From a candidate division FCPU426 bacterium (GTDB lineage Bacteria; Oederibacteriota; Muellerivitia; Muellerivitales; Muellerivitaceae), in assembly GCA_963796105.1 (NCBI GenBank), contig CAWCKJ010000004.1, positions 768,001 to 832,000 of the forward strand: DNA of 64,000 bases, written 5' to 3'. This document shows, piece by piece, positions 1 through 8,938 of the stretch. Under the pieces are notes generated by a model, which was not told the origin of the DNA, ran no database searches, and saw only the letters and a program-made list of their open reading frames with translations. The first letter of the stretch is position 1. Every line of letters starts with the position of its first letter. Made by a program: the position numbers and the translations under genes.

Positions 1-1
1 A

Positions 2-217
2 TGCCGGGAGGGGCTGGGGAAGCTCCGCAAGATCCCCCCGAAGGCCCAGGCTTTCGCCGAGGAATTCCACGATCCACGGGAGGCCTGGTGCTGGTTCCTG
101 ACCCTGGAATGCGGAATCCGCATGACGGAAGCGAAACTGGCCTGGTTCGAGGATGTCATTAAGCGGATCGGGAAGGGGGAAATCCCCAAGGCTCGCAAGC
201 GCAAGGAGAAACCATGA
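2..217 (+). CDS. 3' end of a PadR-family transcriptional regulator (partial, begins before the window)
   Basis: Frame 2 is open from the window edge: ...EAWCWFLTLECGIRMTEAKLAWFEDVIKRI..., resembling the PadR C-terminal helix (W-x-LTLExGIR...AxLAW). Its TGA overlaps the next ATG (ATGA at 214-217). Confidence 0.65.
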   Translation, partial: CREGLGKLRKIPPKAQAFAEEFHDPREAWCWFLTLECGIRMTEAKLAWFEDVIKRIGKGEIPKARKRKEKP

Positions 218-789
218 AAACCTTGATCCTGCATGCTCATACGAAGGACGACGTCCTGGGGAACGCCATCCACCGGACGCTATGCGGGGCGCTGGCGGCG
301 CGGGGCTGGGAAACGGAAACGAAGGCGGCGGCCGAATTGCGCGTGAGCCCCTGCGTGGGGTGCTTCAACTGCTGGGCGAAAACCCCCGGCATTTGCTCCA
401 GCAACGACGACGGGCGGGAAATAGCGAGGGCCAGGGCGAATTGCGACGCCTTCATCGTCCTGAGCCGTGTGACCTTCGGGGGTTATTCCAGCGCCTTGAA
501 GCGCGCGATGGAACGCAACCTCCCGAACCTTTGGCCCCTCTTTATCAAGGTGCGCGGCGAGATGCACCATCCCCAGCGCTACCGCAGGCACGGCTTCCTG
601 GCCTTGGGCTGGCAGGTGGAGCCGGACCAAGAAAGCGCCGAAATCTTCACCCGTTTGGCCGGGCGCAACGCCTTGAACATGCAATCCACCGTCTCGGGAA
701 GCCTGGTGCTTCACGGGGGTCAAACACCGGAAGACCGCCGGTCCCAGGTAGAACAGCTTTTATCGAAATTGGAGGAAGTCCATGGCTAA
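214..789 (+). CDS. Flavodoxin-like / iron-sulfur flavoprotein-family protein (FMN reductase fold)
   Basis: PCVGCFNCWAKTPGIC cysteine motif, then DD and the SRVTFGGYSSALK flavodoxin segment; RBS GGAG upstream. Confidence 0.8.
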   Translation: MKTLILHAHTKDDVLGNAIHRTLCGALAARGWETETKAAAELRVSPCVGCFNCWAKTPGICSSNDDGREIARARANCDAFIVLSRVTFGGYSSALKRAMERNLPNLWPLFIKVRGEMHHPQRYRRHGFLALGWQVEPDQESAEIFTRLAGRNALNMQSTVSGSLVLHGGQTPEDRRSQVEQLLSKLEEVHG

Positions 790-1441
790 AAAATTCCTCG
801 CCCTCGTCGGAAGCCCCAGGACGGACAGCACTTCCGAAAAACTGGCGCAATACCTGGTGGACGGCCTCGCGGACCTTGGCTGGCAGGCCCAAGCGCTCGC
901 CGCCTGTTCGGCCATCCGCAGGGAGGAGCAATGGCCCGTTTTGGAGGAGGCTTACCGGAAAGCGGACACGGTCGCCATCGTCACCCCCCTCTACGTGGAC
1001 AGCCTGCCGGCCGAGTTGACCGCGGCCCTGGAGCGCCTGGCCCCGGCTCGCGCCGAGAAATCCGGCCGGATTTTCGCCGTGGTCAATTGCGGTTTCGCCG
1101 AATCGCATCAGAACGACGTGGCCCTGGAAATCTGCCGGCTTTTCGCCCGCGACGCGGGCCTCCATTGGATGGGCGGCCTTGCCATCGGCGGAGGGGGGAT
1201 GTTTTCAGACGGTCCCCTGGAAAAGCAGGGGGGAAAGGCGGGGAATATCACCGCCGCTTTCGACCAGGTCATCAACGCCTTGGACCAAGGGCTGGATATC
1301 CCCGAGTCCGCTGCGGCCGGGATCCGCAAACTGCCAATCCCCAAATGGCTTTATTTCACCCTTGGGAACCTGGGAATGGTCATTGAGGCCGCCAAGAACG
1401 GCAATCTTTTCAGGATAGGGGCAAGGCCGTACCGGCAATAA
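782..1441 (+). CDS. NADPH-dependent FMN reductase family protein
   Basis: N-terminal GSPR motif, TPLYVDSLP and NCGFxE motifs; overlaps the previous stop; RBS GGAGG. Confidence 0.8.
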   Translation: MAKKFLALVGSPRTDSTSEKLAQYLVDGLADLGWQAQALAACSAIRREEQWPVLEEAYRKADTVAIVTPLYVDSLPAELTAALERLAPARAEKSGRIFAVVNCGFAESHQNDVALEICRLFARDAGLHWMGGLAIGGGGMFSDGPLEKQGGKAGNITAAFDQVINALDQGLDIPESAAAGIRKLPIPKWLYFTLGNLGMVIEAAKNGNLFRIGARPYRQ

Positions 1442-1521
1442 ACCCCTTAACCGGCGGAAAACCTTTAAAAACCAATTTTTGGAATTGAATTCAAAATTTG
1501 GGTGGAATTCCGGGCCAATCT

Positions 1522-1648
1522 TTCCATAAAGAAAGATTAAATGGAGATTGGTACGGTACAGGCCGCATGAGGCCACCAGCCGAGTGCGAGGGTTGCCAGC
1601 GCAGATTTATAGTAAATCTGTACCAGCCTCACTATTTGCTTTATGGAA
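1522..1648. repeat. Long imperfect inverted-repeat element (MITE/REP-like or structured RNA)
   Basis: TTCCATAAAG (1522-1531) pairs with CTTTATGGAA (1639-1648). GAGATTGGTACGG (1544-1556) pairs with CTGTACCAGCCTC (1618-1630). A related arm lies at 21763-21796. Confidence 0.6.
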
Positions 1649-2280
1649 GGCCTATGCGTCAAGGTTTCAAGCCGAGATGCGCTCCTGGTGTGCCGGGCCA
1701 CAAAAACCCCGGCCGCTTAATTGGTGTTTTTGAATTCCAAAATTTGGTTATTGTCGACACTCGACACGTAGAGGTTGCCCGAACCGTCCAAGGCAAGACC
1801 CACGGGGCCCTGAAAATAATTGTTTCCAAAAGTCACTCCGGCGGTATAGGTGGTCCCGGAGGACGCGGGGTTGAATTCCTGGATATAACCAGGTAACGCG
1901 CACTGGGACACCAGCACGTTCCCGGCGCTGTCCACGGCGATGCCAATCGGCAGGGTTAAGCCGGAAGCGCGAAAGGAAACCGGGCTCCCGCCGGCCGGGC
2001 CGTACTTGACGGCATCCGACGTCGCCCCACCGGTCAAATTCGCCACATAAACATTGTTGTTTGAATCCAGTGCCAGATATTCCGGGATATCCAAGACGCC
2101 CGCGCCTGAACTGGTGGAGCTGAAGGCGCCGATATAAGTAAAGGTTTTTGGGGTCGTGGTATTGTCGATGGAATAAACCAAAATCGCCGGCGTCGCGGTT
2201 GTTTCCGTGACATAAAGGGTTGTGCCGGCCGAATTGACCGCCACGCCTTCGACTTTCAATGCCTCTCCAAACGGTACCTG

Positions 2281-2308
2281 TTGAAATAAAGGAATACAGG
2301 AGTATACT
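2281..2308 (+). promoter_or_regulatory. Putative sigma70 promoter of the IS transposase
   Basis: TTGAAA-N16-TATACT; the same arrangement is conserved in the divergent IS at 61947-61974. Confidence 0.6.
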
Positions 2309-2328
2309 CATTGTTGGAGGGGCAAATT

Positions 2329-3240
2329 ATGAACTACCAACGGATGAAGGGGATTGAGATTTTCAAGGAAATCGATACAGAAGAAAAGGCACGTCAATGG
2401 GTGTGGAAGAGCCGTTTTGCCGGAAAAGACTTTGTTTGCCCACAATGTGAAGGAGAAAGTTTCTGGCAACACAAAAACCGCCCCGAAGTGCGGGAATGTG
2501 ACTATTGTCGAAAGCAAATACGGCTTCGAGCCGGAACGATCTTCCGGAAATCCAAGATCCCAATCTTAACCTGGTTGAGGATGATTGGATTGGTGATGCA
2601 AGGGAAAAGGGGCATTTCAGCCCTGGAACTTCAGCGGCAATTGGGAATGCCCTCCTACGATACCGTTTGGAGGATGTTGCATAAGATTCGGGAAAGTCTT
2701 CGACAAAGGGATGAAAATTACCAACTCAAGGAAATCATTGAGTTGGATGGGGCTGTATTCGGCAAGAGAGAAAAGGAAAACCAGGCTGAAGTGCTGGTGG
2801 CGGTTGAAAGCAAAGAATGGATAGATGAGAAAGGGCGCAAAAAAGAGAAAGCGGGTTTTGCAAAGATAAAGGTGACCGCAGAAACCAAGTGGGAAGCCCA
2901 AGCATTCGTCGATCAAGCAATCCAGAAAGGCGCCATGATAAACACGGATGCCAGTCCCAGCTTGAGAAACTTGGAAAACGTGGATGTGGAGTACCAGGTA
3001 ACAGCCAATGACCCAGTGGTGTTAAATCACTGGTTACCTTGGGTCCACCGATTCATTTCCAACGCCAAGGCTTGGATCCTAGGAACCCATCATGGAGTCA
3101 ACGTGAAATATCTGCCTGGATACTTGAGCGAATATACTTATCGGTTCAATCGTCGCCATGACCCAGATTCCTTATTTCACCGGGCCTTAACCGCTTGCGC
3201 TTTGGCAAAACCCATTACTGCGCAAGCGTTGTTCGGATAG
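2329..3240 (+). CDS. IS1595-family transposase
   Basis: Zn ribbon CPQC...CDYC, then GTIF, GISALEL, IELDG, NTD and HHGV...YLSEYxYRFNRR. ATG 2329 follows GGAGG; the ORF track starts at 2311. Confidence 0.95.
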   Translation: MNYQRMKGIEIFKEIDTEEKARQWVWKSRFAGKDFVCPQCEGESFWQHKNRPEVRECDYCRKQIRLRAGTIFRKSKIPILTWLRMIGLVMQGKRGISALELQRQLGMPSYDTVWRMLHKIRESLRQRDENYQLKEIIELDGAVFGKREKENQAEVLVAVESKEWIDEKGRKKEKAGFAKIKVTAETKWEAQAFVDQAIQKGAMINTDASPSLRNLENVDVEYQVTANDPVVLNHWLPWVHRFISNAKAWILGTHHGVNVKYLPGYLSEYTYRFNRRHDPDSLFHRALTACALAKPITAQALFG

Positions 3241-3975
3241 GCATGCGACTTTCGTTAGGCCCGTGATGACGGTTTGGTAGGCCCCGGTGGAGGAAAATAC
3301 TTCGATCTGGCCGTTTCCCCAGTCCCCTAAGTAGATCGTTCCATCAGGGCCGATATTCGCCTGGGTCAGGCCGTCAAAAGTAGCGGAACCGTTATAGGCG
3401 GAAATGGTCGTCACCGATAGGCCTGACGTGGTGAATTCCTCTAAATCCCCAGCCGTCGTGTAAGTATTAACGATCCATAAGTGGCCGTTATAGTAACTAA
3501 TGCTCCGGGGGGAAAAAGTACTCGGCCCTGAAATCACCGTCACCGCCGTGGTGGAATAAGCCGGCGTTGAGGCGGGCTTCGCCGGGGAAGCGGGACTATT
3601 GTTGGAACTGCAGGAAGCGCTCAGGACGGCTGTTGCCGCGAGGATTAAGATGAAACACCAAATGGATTTATCGCGAATACCGGGCATAGGAGACCTCCAT
3701 GGATTTTTTTAAATCCGGAAGGTTTAATAGCAACCTTTCAGAAGTCTCCCCAGATAAGAAACAACGGCTTTATCCTATCCCCGGCATACATATCGGTCAA
3801 CATAGTGTTCACTAGGAAACGATGAAATCAATCGGGCGACCCAAAATCTTCCACTAGGTACTGCCGGATTTATGCCCGGTTTCAGGGTTCCCAGCCAGTT
3901 CCCGGGACAATCAGTCCGTGCCGGCGAAAAACCTTTTTTCCCTTTAGATGTTCGCAAGCCGGTTGGCTGAATGGG

Positions 3976-4953
3976 TTAAAAGGCGAGGCCTATCCGCGTC
4001 CCGGGAATGGCGGCCGGGTAAAAGGTTGTCCGTGGAATATAGGAAATATTGAAATTCCAATTCCCGTACTGGTCCTGGTATTCGTTATAGACTTCCGTTT
4101 GGTTCGTGATGATTAAGAACCCGATCGCCCACTCCATCTCAAAATAAAAGTTGCCGTCGTTGATGAGGCTCAATCCGACCTTTAAATTAGGCCCGATCCA
4201 GGAGGAATTTTGGGATGGATCGTACGTATCGCTGTAGCCCCCAAACGCGATTCCCGCGCCCCAGAAAAAGGAAAGGTCCTTCGGACTGCTGTAAAACTTT
4301 ATCCTCGGCTCGATGGAATAGAGGGTGTCCTCAGAGGAGGGGATATACGAGAAGCCGACTCCGACGTTCGTCATGGGATTCAGGGAATACCCCAGGTCAA
4401 GGCCTAGTATGACCGGGGACCCGACGGCGAGCCCCATCTGGAAGCGGTTATCGTCCTTCGAGAATTGCGGCATGCCGTAATCCGCGATGTTTTTGGCCTC
4501 GGGGGAAAGGGTTTGGGTGGATTCCAAACCGCGCAGGGTATCGCGGGACTTCTCGATGAGGGATTGGCCTTGCTCGTACTGGGATAAGCCCAAAGTTTCC
4601 GAACCACTCTTTCCCGCTTGGACGGGAGCGGCCTCGGAACCATCGACGGGGCTGAGATTCGCGGCGAATTTCCCCAATTCGGCATTCGGGTGCAAGGCCA
4701 GGCTCTTCTTGAATGCATCCCTTGCGTCCGGGATGTCTTTCTCCTGGTAATAGCAATTACCCATCAATTGATAGGCTTCCCAGTTTTTGGGATCGTTCTT
4801 AACGGCGGCTTTCAGGGATTGGATGGATTTCGCGTAATCCTTTTGCTGGTAAGAAGCGAGGCCCGCTTGGTAATCGTCAGGGGCATCAGCCTTAGCGGTG
4901 TTGAGGGATAGGCAAACGAAGCATACGGCTAATATCAATCCGCGCTGGAACAT
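3976..4953 (-). CDS. Secreted TPR protein with a C-terminal outer-membrane beta-barrel-like domain
   Basis: Signal peptide (AKA|D), TPR helices (DPKNWEAYQLMGNCYY), amphipathic beta-strands in the C-terminal half and a terminal Phe. Confidence 0.65.
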   Translation of the reverse strand: MFQRGLILAVCFVCLSLNTAKADAPDDYQAGLASYQQKDYAKSIQSLKAAVKNDPKNWEAYQLMGNCYYQEKDIPDARDAFKKSLALHPNAELGKFAANLSPVDGSEAAPVQAGKSGSETLGLSQYEQGQSLIEKSRDTLRGLESTQTLSPEAKNIADYGMPQFSKDDNRFQMGLAVGSPVILGLDLGYSLNPMTNVGVGFSYIPSSEDTLYSIEPRIKFYSSPKDLSFFWGAGIAFGGYSDTYDPSQNSSWIGPNLKVGLSLINDGNFYFEMEWAIGFLIITNQTEVYNEYQDQYGNWNFNISYIPRTTFYPAAIPGTRIGLAF

Positions 4954-5197
4954 AAGGTACTCCCGTAATTGATTTAATACCGGGTGGCATTATCGAGGGA
5001 AAATCCGGGAAATGGAGGAATTTTTTTCATCGGAAATTGCTGGGATTCCCGCGGGCAGGGCTGGCGGCGGTAAGGAAATAGATTGAGGAGGATCCTGGAT
5101 TCGGGGCCCGGTTAGTTAATATAAAATGAAGACCTGACCCCAATAGTACGAGAACCCCCGAAGCCTTGGGCGTAGGGAGGGCTGGCCCCTTTTCCTT

Positions 5198-6334
5198 TTA
5201 TTGGAACGCCATGACGGTGGCCTTCCCGCCGTTTCCGGTGTCGCCGTAAGTCGCGTAGGGAATGCCGTTGTTGATTGCCAGGTTCAAATAATCCGACATG
5301 CCGGAGGAAAAACCCGGCGTTCCCACGTTCACCCATTGGCTCCCGTTAAAGGCCATCACGCAGGCGCGGTAATCGACCCCGGCGTCGGAAAATCCCACGT
5401 AAGGGGCGCCGTTGTTAAAGGCCAGGGAAGTTGACTGGGCGGCCCCCACGGAGAACCCCGGGGTTCCCACGTTCACCCATGAACCCCCGTTGTATTTCAT
5501 GACGGTCGCCTTGTTGGCGTGGGCGCCGTCCACGAAAGAGACGTAGGGCACGGCGTTGTCGATGGCCAGGGAAATATACTCGGCCGTTCCCGCCGAGAAA
5601 CCCGGGGTTCCCACGTTCACCCAGGAAGCCCCGTTGTAGTACATCACGGTGGCTTTGGCCCCATTCCCGAAATCCTGGAAAGCCACGTAGGGCGTGCTGT
5701 TGTTGAAAGCCAGGCTGGTGAAGTTGGCCTGTCCCGCGGAAAATCCAGCGGTCCCCACCGGGTCCCAGCTTCCGGTATAGACGTCCAAAGTCGCCTTTTG
5801 CGACTGGCTTCCGTCCTGGAAAGCCAAGTAAAAGTTCTGGTTGTTGCAGGCCAGGGAAAGGTAGACCGCCGTACCGGGGGTGAACCCCGCGTTCCCGGCG
5901 GTTCCCCAAGATCCCGAAGAGTAACCCATGACGATGGCCTTTTGGGTGGTGCTCAGGTCGGTGTAAGCCATCCAGAGGTCGCCGTAGCCGTCGCAGGCGA
6001 TGGAGGGCATGTAGGACTGTCCGATGGAAAAGTCCGGGATTCCCAGGGTCACCCAAGCGTTTCCATCGAAGGCCATCACCATGGCTTTGTTATTGTTCGC
6101 TCCGTCCTCGAAGCCCACGAATGGGAGGCCGCCCTCGAAAACAAGGGAGGTATAGGATGCCCCGCCGGGGCTGAACCAGGCGTTGCCCACGAGTTTCCAG
6201 GAGGCGTTGGGATTGAGGAACGGCGCGGGGCTGGGGCTGGAGGGGGATGAATTTTTCGCGCAGCCCAAGAGCAGGAACCCAGCGGATAACAACAAACAAA
6301 CGGCCGTCCAGCGTTGGAATTTTCCCATGATCAC
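5198..6334 (-). CDS. Lipoprotein with about seven ~47-aa repeats (beta-propeller)
   Basis: Lipobox LLG-C; repeats of the form WxxVGxxGFSxGxAxxxSLAxxNxxPYVxFxDxxNxxKAxVM. Confidence 0.8.
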   Translation of the reverse strand: MIMGKFQRWTAVCLLLSAGFLLLGCAKNSSPSSPSPAPFLNPNASWKLVGNAWFSPGGASYTSLVFEGGLPFVGFEDGANNNKAMVMAFDGNAWVTLGIPDFSIGQSYMPSIACDGYGDLWMAYTDLSTTQKAIVMGYSSGSWGTAGNAGFTPGTAVYLSLACNNQNFYLAFQDGSQSQKATLDVYTGSWDPVGTAGFSAGQANFTSLAFNNSTPYVAFQDFGNGAKATVMYYNGASWVNVGTPGFSAGTAEYISLAIDNAVPYVSFVDGAHANKATVMKYNGGSWVNVGTPGFSVGAAQSTSLAFNNGAPYVGFSDAGVDYRACVMAFNGSQWVNVGTPGFSSGMSDYLNLAINNGIPYATYGDTGNGGKATVMAFQ

Positions 6335-6436
6335 CCTCCCCTTTTTCCGCCCTATTTATTTGAATAGGATGGAATCTAAGTTATATGGATTCTGGATAGC
6401 AAGGGGGGACATCTTTGTGAACTGGCTAATGGGCAC

Positions 6437-6698
6437 CTGCGGGCAGGGTTCTCGGCACTTGCGGGCAGGACTCCCCAGACCTGCGGGCAGGAGACCCCGA
6501 AATGCGGGCAGGAATGTGGGCGGGTTATCCTCCCTTGCCGACACATGTTCCCGGGAATGTGGGCGGTTTATCCCGTTCGGCGGCGGAAAACCGGCCTCTT
6601 GCCAATTAAGTTTACTGGGTTACGGGCTTCCAATACTAGGTTGTGGCATCTGCGGGCAGGGTTCTCGGCACTTGCGGGCAGGACTCCCCAGACCTGCG
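6437..6698 (+). repeat. TGCGGGCAGG array with a 21-22 bp period plus a 49-bp duplication
   Basis: TGCGGGCAGG starts at 6438, 6460, 6482, 6503, 6651 and 6673; 6437-6485 is identical to 6650-6698. Confidence 0.9.
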
Positions 6699-6854
6699 TG
6701 TGTCAGTTGGGCAATCAAATCTCACCATTCGCCTTGTTGGCTCATGGCAGATGGGTTAAGAATTGATGCCAAAAACAATGGACCCATTCGACCCCGCTGC
6801 TTTTAGGAATATTGAGGCGATACGCCTTAATCCGAGAATGACCGTGTTTGATAC

Positions 6855-6894
6855 ATTGCAATAGCATTGCAATATATTGCTTAAAGCTTATAAT
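6855..6894 (+). promoter_or_regulatory. Putative promoter with tandem ATTGCAAT palindromes
   Basis: ATTGCAAT at 6855-6862 and 6866-6873; TTGCAA-N16-TATAAT; followed by RBS GGAGG and GTG 6919. Confidence 0.5.
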
Positions 6895-6918
6895 AGCGTT
6901 GCATTATAGGGAGGTCCC

Positions 6919-8256
6919 GTGGAACTGTCACAATTGAAGGAAATCCTCGTCCGGCACCGGGAACGCTTCCTGGGCCGCGCCGGCTTTGTGGGCCGGGAAG
7001 CGCAAGCGGCCATCGCTCCCTGGCTGAAACAACGCGAAATCATTTCCATCGTAGGGGTGCGCCGGAGCGGAAAATCCTCCCTTCTTAGGCTCTTGGCCGG
7101 GGACCTGGTGGATAAGGGCGGGGTACCCGAAAACCAGATTCTTTACCTTAATTTCGAGGACGAGCGTTTTACGGATTTTAAACCCCCGGACTTCGAAAAA
7201 ATCCTGGAAGCCGCGGATGAAGTTTTAGAGTCCCGCGGGAAACGGTACTTCTTCCTGGATGAGATCCAGAAGGTTCCGGGTTGGGAGCGCTGGCTGAACC
7301 GCCTCTATGAATTAGAGGATGTCAAAATATTCGTGACCGGATCCAATACCGACCTGACCGCTTCCAAAGTTTCCGCTTCACTGACCGGGCGAAACCGCCA
7401 AGTGGCTAATTTCCCCTTTTCGTTCAGGGAATACCTCGCCTTCAAGGGGTGGAAGGCAGCGGGGAAAGACGGAATTCTTCGGCGCGAAAACCGGGCTTTG
7501 GTCCGGAAAAGGCTGTCCGAATACGCCCAGACCGGTGGTTTTCCGGAAGTGGTGAAGATCGGGGACGAAAGCTTGTTGGAGCAGTATTTCAAGGACATTC
7601 TCTACCGTGACATCATCGCGGCCCATTCGGTACGCAATCAAATGGAAGTCCGTGAGTTGGCGCTTTACTTGGCCTCAAACCCCGGGTCCATCCTCAGTCT
7701 CGACAACATGAAAAAAATGATACGGGTTAAAAGCCTTAATACCGTCAAGAGGTACCTGGAAATGTTTGAGGGCGTTTTTCTTTTCATGAGGCTGAACCTC
7801 TTCGATTACTCCGTCAAAAGGCAGATATACAATCCTCCTAAATTCTATCCGGTTGATACGGGTCTCTCGGACGCGGTGGGTTTCCATTTCTCGGGAGACA
7901 AGGGGAAAATCTTGGAGTCACTGGTGTTCCTAGACCTGAAAAGACGGGCATTGGATATCTATTACTGGAAATCCAAGCAGGGTAAGGAAGTGGATTTCGT
8001 CGTCCGAAAGGGCCGAAAAGTCCGGGAGGCTATTCAAGTTTCCCTCGATCTCCGGAATTCCAAGACCATGGAAAGGGAGATGGAGGGTCTTCGATCCGCC
8101 CACAAGGAGTTAGGAGCCAAGCGGCTGGTGGTCATCACCCACGACGAGGAAAAGGAAATCAAGGAAAGCGGGCTTCGTGTTGAAATCATCCCTCTTTGGA
8201 AATGGCTATTGAACGTCGATTCACCCGAATTAGGGGATTCAGGGGATAGGCTCTAG
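6919..8256 (+). CDS. AAA+ ATP-binding protein (AAA_14 plus DUF4143 type)
   Basis: Walker A GVRRSGKS, Walker B FFLDEIQ, then VTGS, LTGR, GGFPE, KFYPVDTGL and a C-terminal EVDFV...AIQV motif. Confidence 0.9.
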   Translation: MELSQLKEILVRHRERFLGRAGFVGREAQAAIAPWLKQREIISIVGVRRSGKSSLLRLLAGDLVDKGGVPENQILYLNFEDERFTDFKPPDFEKILEAADEVLESRGKRYFFLDEIQKVPGWERWLNRLYELEDVKIFVTGSNTDLTASKVSASLTGRNRQVANFPFSFREYLAFKGWKAAGKDGILRRENRALVRKRLSEYAQTGGFPEVVKIGDESLLEQYFKDILYRDIIAAHSVRNQMEVRELALYLASNPGSILSLDNMKKMIRVKSLNTVKRYLEMFEGVFLFMRLNLFDYSVKRQIYNPPKFYPVDTGLSDAVGFHFSGDKGKILESLVFLDLKRRALDIYYWKSKQGKEVDFVVRKGRKVREAIQVSLDLRNSKTMEREMEGLRSAHKELGAKRLVVITHDEEKEIKESGLRVEIIPLWKWLLNVDSPELGDSGDRL

Positions 8257-8340
8257 ATGAAAAACAATGAAAAAAGAACATTCTCCCGAGCAATACATCG
8301 CGGCTTGACCAAAACATGTCATCGGGGTGACAAGTAACTC

Positions 8341-8916
8341 TCACTTGAATTCAATCCGCAACCCCTCGTTCATGTCTTTCAAATTAAAGGCTTCCGGGTC
8401 GAAAGGCCTATCCAACCATTCCACCTTGTCCTTGTGCGCTGGATGCCGGGGGTCGGCCAGGGCCGCCAAAAGTTCCTTATAGCCCCAGGGACCGCCGCAA
8501 TCCTCGGACGGGCAGGCGCGCTTTCCCGCCAGGCAGTGGGGTAATTTTACCGACGGCTCCGGCTCGACGAATTTTTCCAGAAAGATCTTGTGGTACCAAC
8601 CGTCCCCCGGATCGTAAAGGTATTCCACCTTGTCGCCCGGCGCCCTCAACACTTCCCCCAACTTGACCTTCCGGGAGGAGATGATTTCGTCCCCGAAATC
8701 AGGGTCAGGTACACCGACCCTGATTCCCGCGCAATCGAATTCGTAAAGGTGGCCATCCATCCACCCCATGACCTCCTGTAACGCCTTGTGGAATTTGTGA
8801 AGGGTCATGGCCGGGTCCGCCAGGAACCGCCTCCAGACGGGAGGGTTGACGCCCAAGAGGGTGACCTTGACCTGGAAGGCAACCTTTCCCGTTTTGACTA
8901 ATTTAAGCTCAACCAT
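8341..8916 (-). CDS. Plasmid pRiA4b ORF-3 family protein
   Basis: PPVWRR, GWxxxHLYEF, YxYDxGDxWxH and ACPxEDCGGxWGY motifs. Confidence 0.9.
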   Translation of the reverse strand: MVELKLVKTGKVAFQVKVTLLGVNPPVWRRFLADPAMTLHKFHKALQEVMGWMDGHLYEFDCAGIRVGVPDPDFGDEIISSRKVKLGEVLRAPGDKVEYLYDPGDGWYHKIFLEKFVEPEPSVKLPHCLAGKRACPSEDCGGPWGYKELLAALADPRHPAHKDKVEWLDRPFDPEAFNLKDMNEGLRIEFK

Positions 8917-8938
8917 GGGAACCTCCCCGGGAAAATAA

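Larger units (their letters stand above)
2258..3245 (+). mobile_element. IS1595-family insertion sequence, copy A1 (988 bp)
   Basis: Imperfect terminal IRs AATGCCTCTCCAAAC / GTTCGGATAGGCATG; 8-bp TSD CGACTTTC at 2250-2257 and 3246-3253. Confidence 0.95.
1717..3687 (-). pseudogene. NHL-repeat (beta-propeller) lipoprotein interrupted by an IS1595 element
   Basis: The 5' part (lipobox SAS-C) and the 3' part (NHL repeats such as PIGIAVDSAGN and PVGLALDGSGNLYV) rejoin in frame as ...GLTKVEGVAVNS... after removing the IS and one TSD, giving a 324-aa ORF. Confidence 0.9.

Noticed and set aside
6437..6698. TGCGGGCAGG array as a CRISPR array
   Set aside because: The 10-bp repeat and 11-12-bp spacers are far too short, the spacers are duplicated, and there are no cas genes.
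6183..6806. 207-aa ORF across the repeat array
   Set aside because: Overlaps the lipoprotein gene on the opposite strand, has no RBS or motif, and its repeated peptide simply reflects the DNA duplication.
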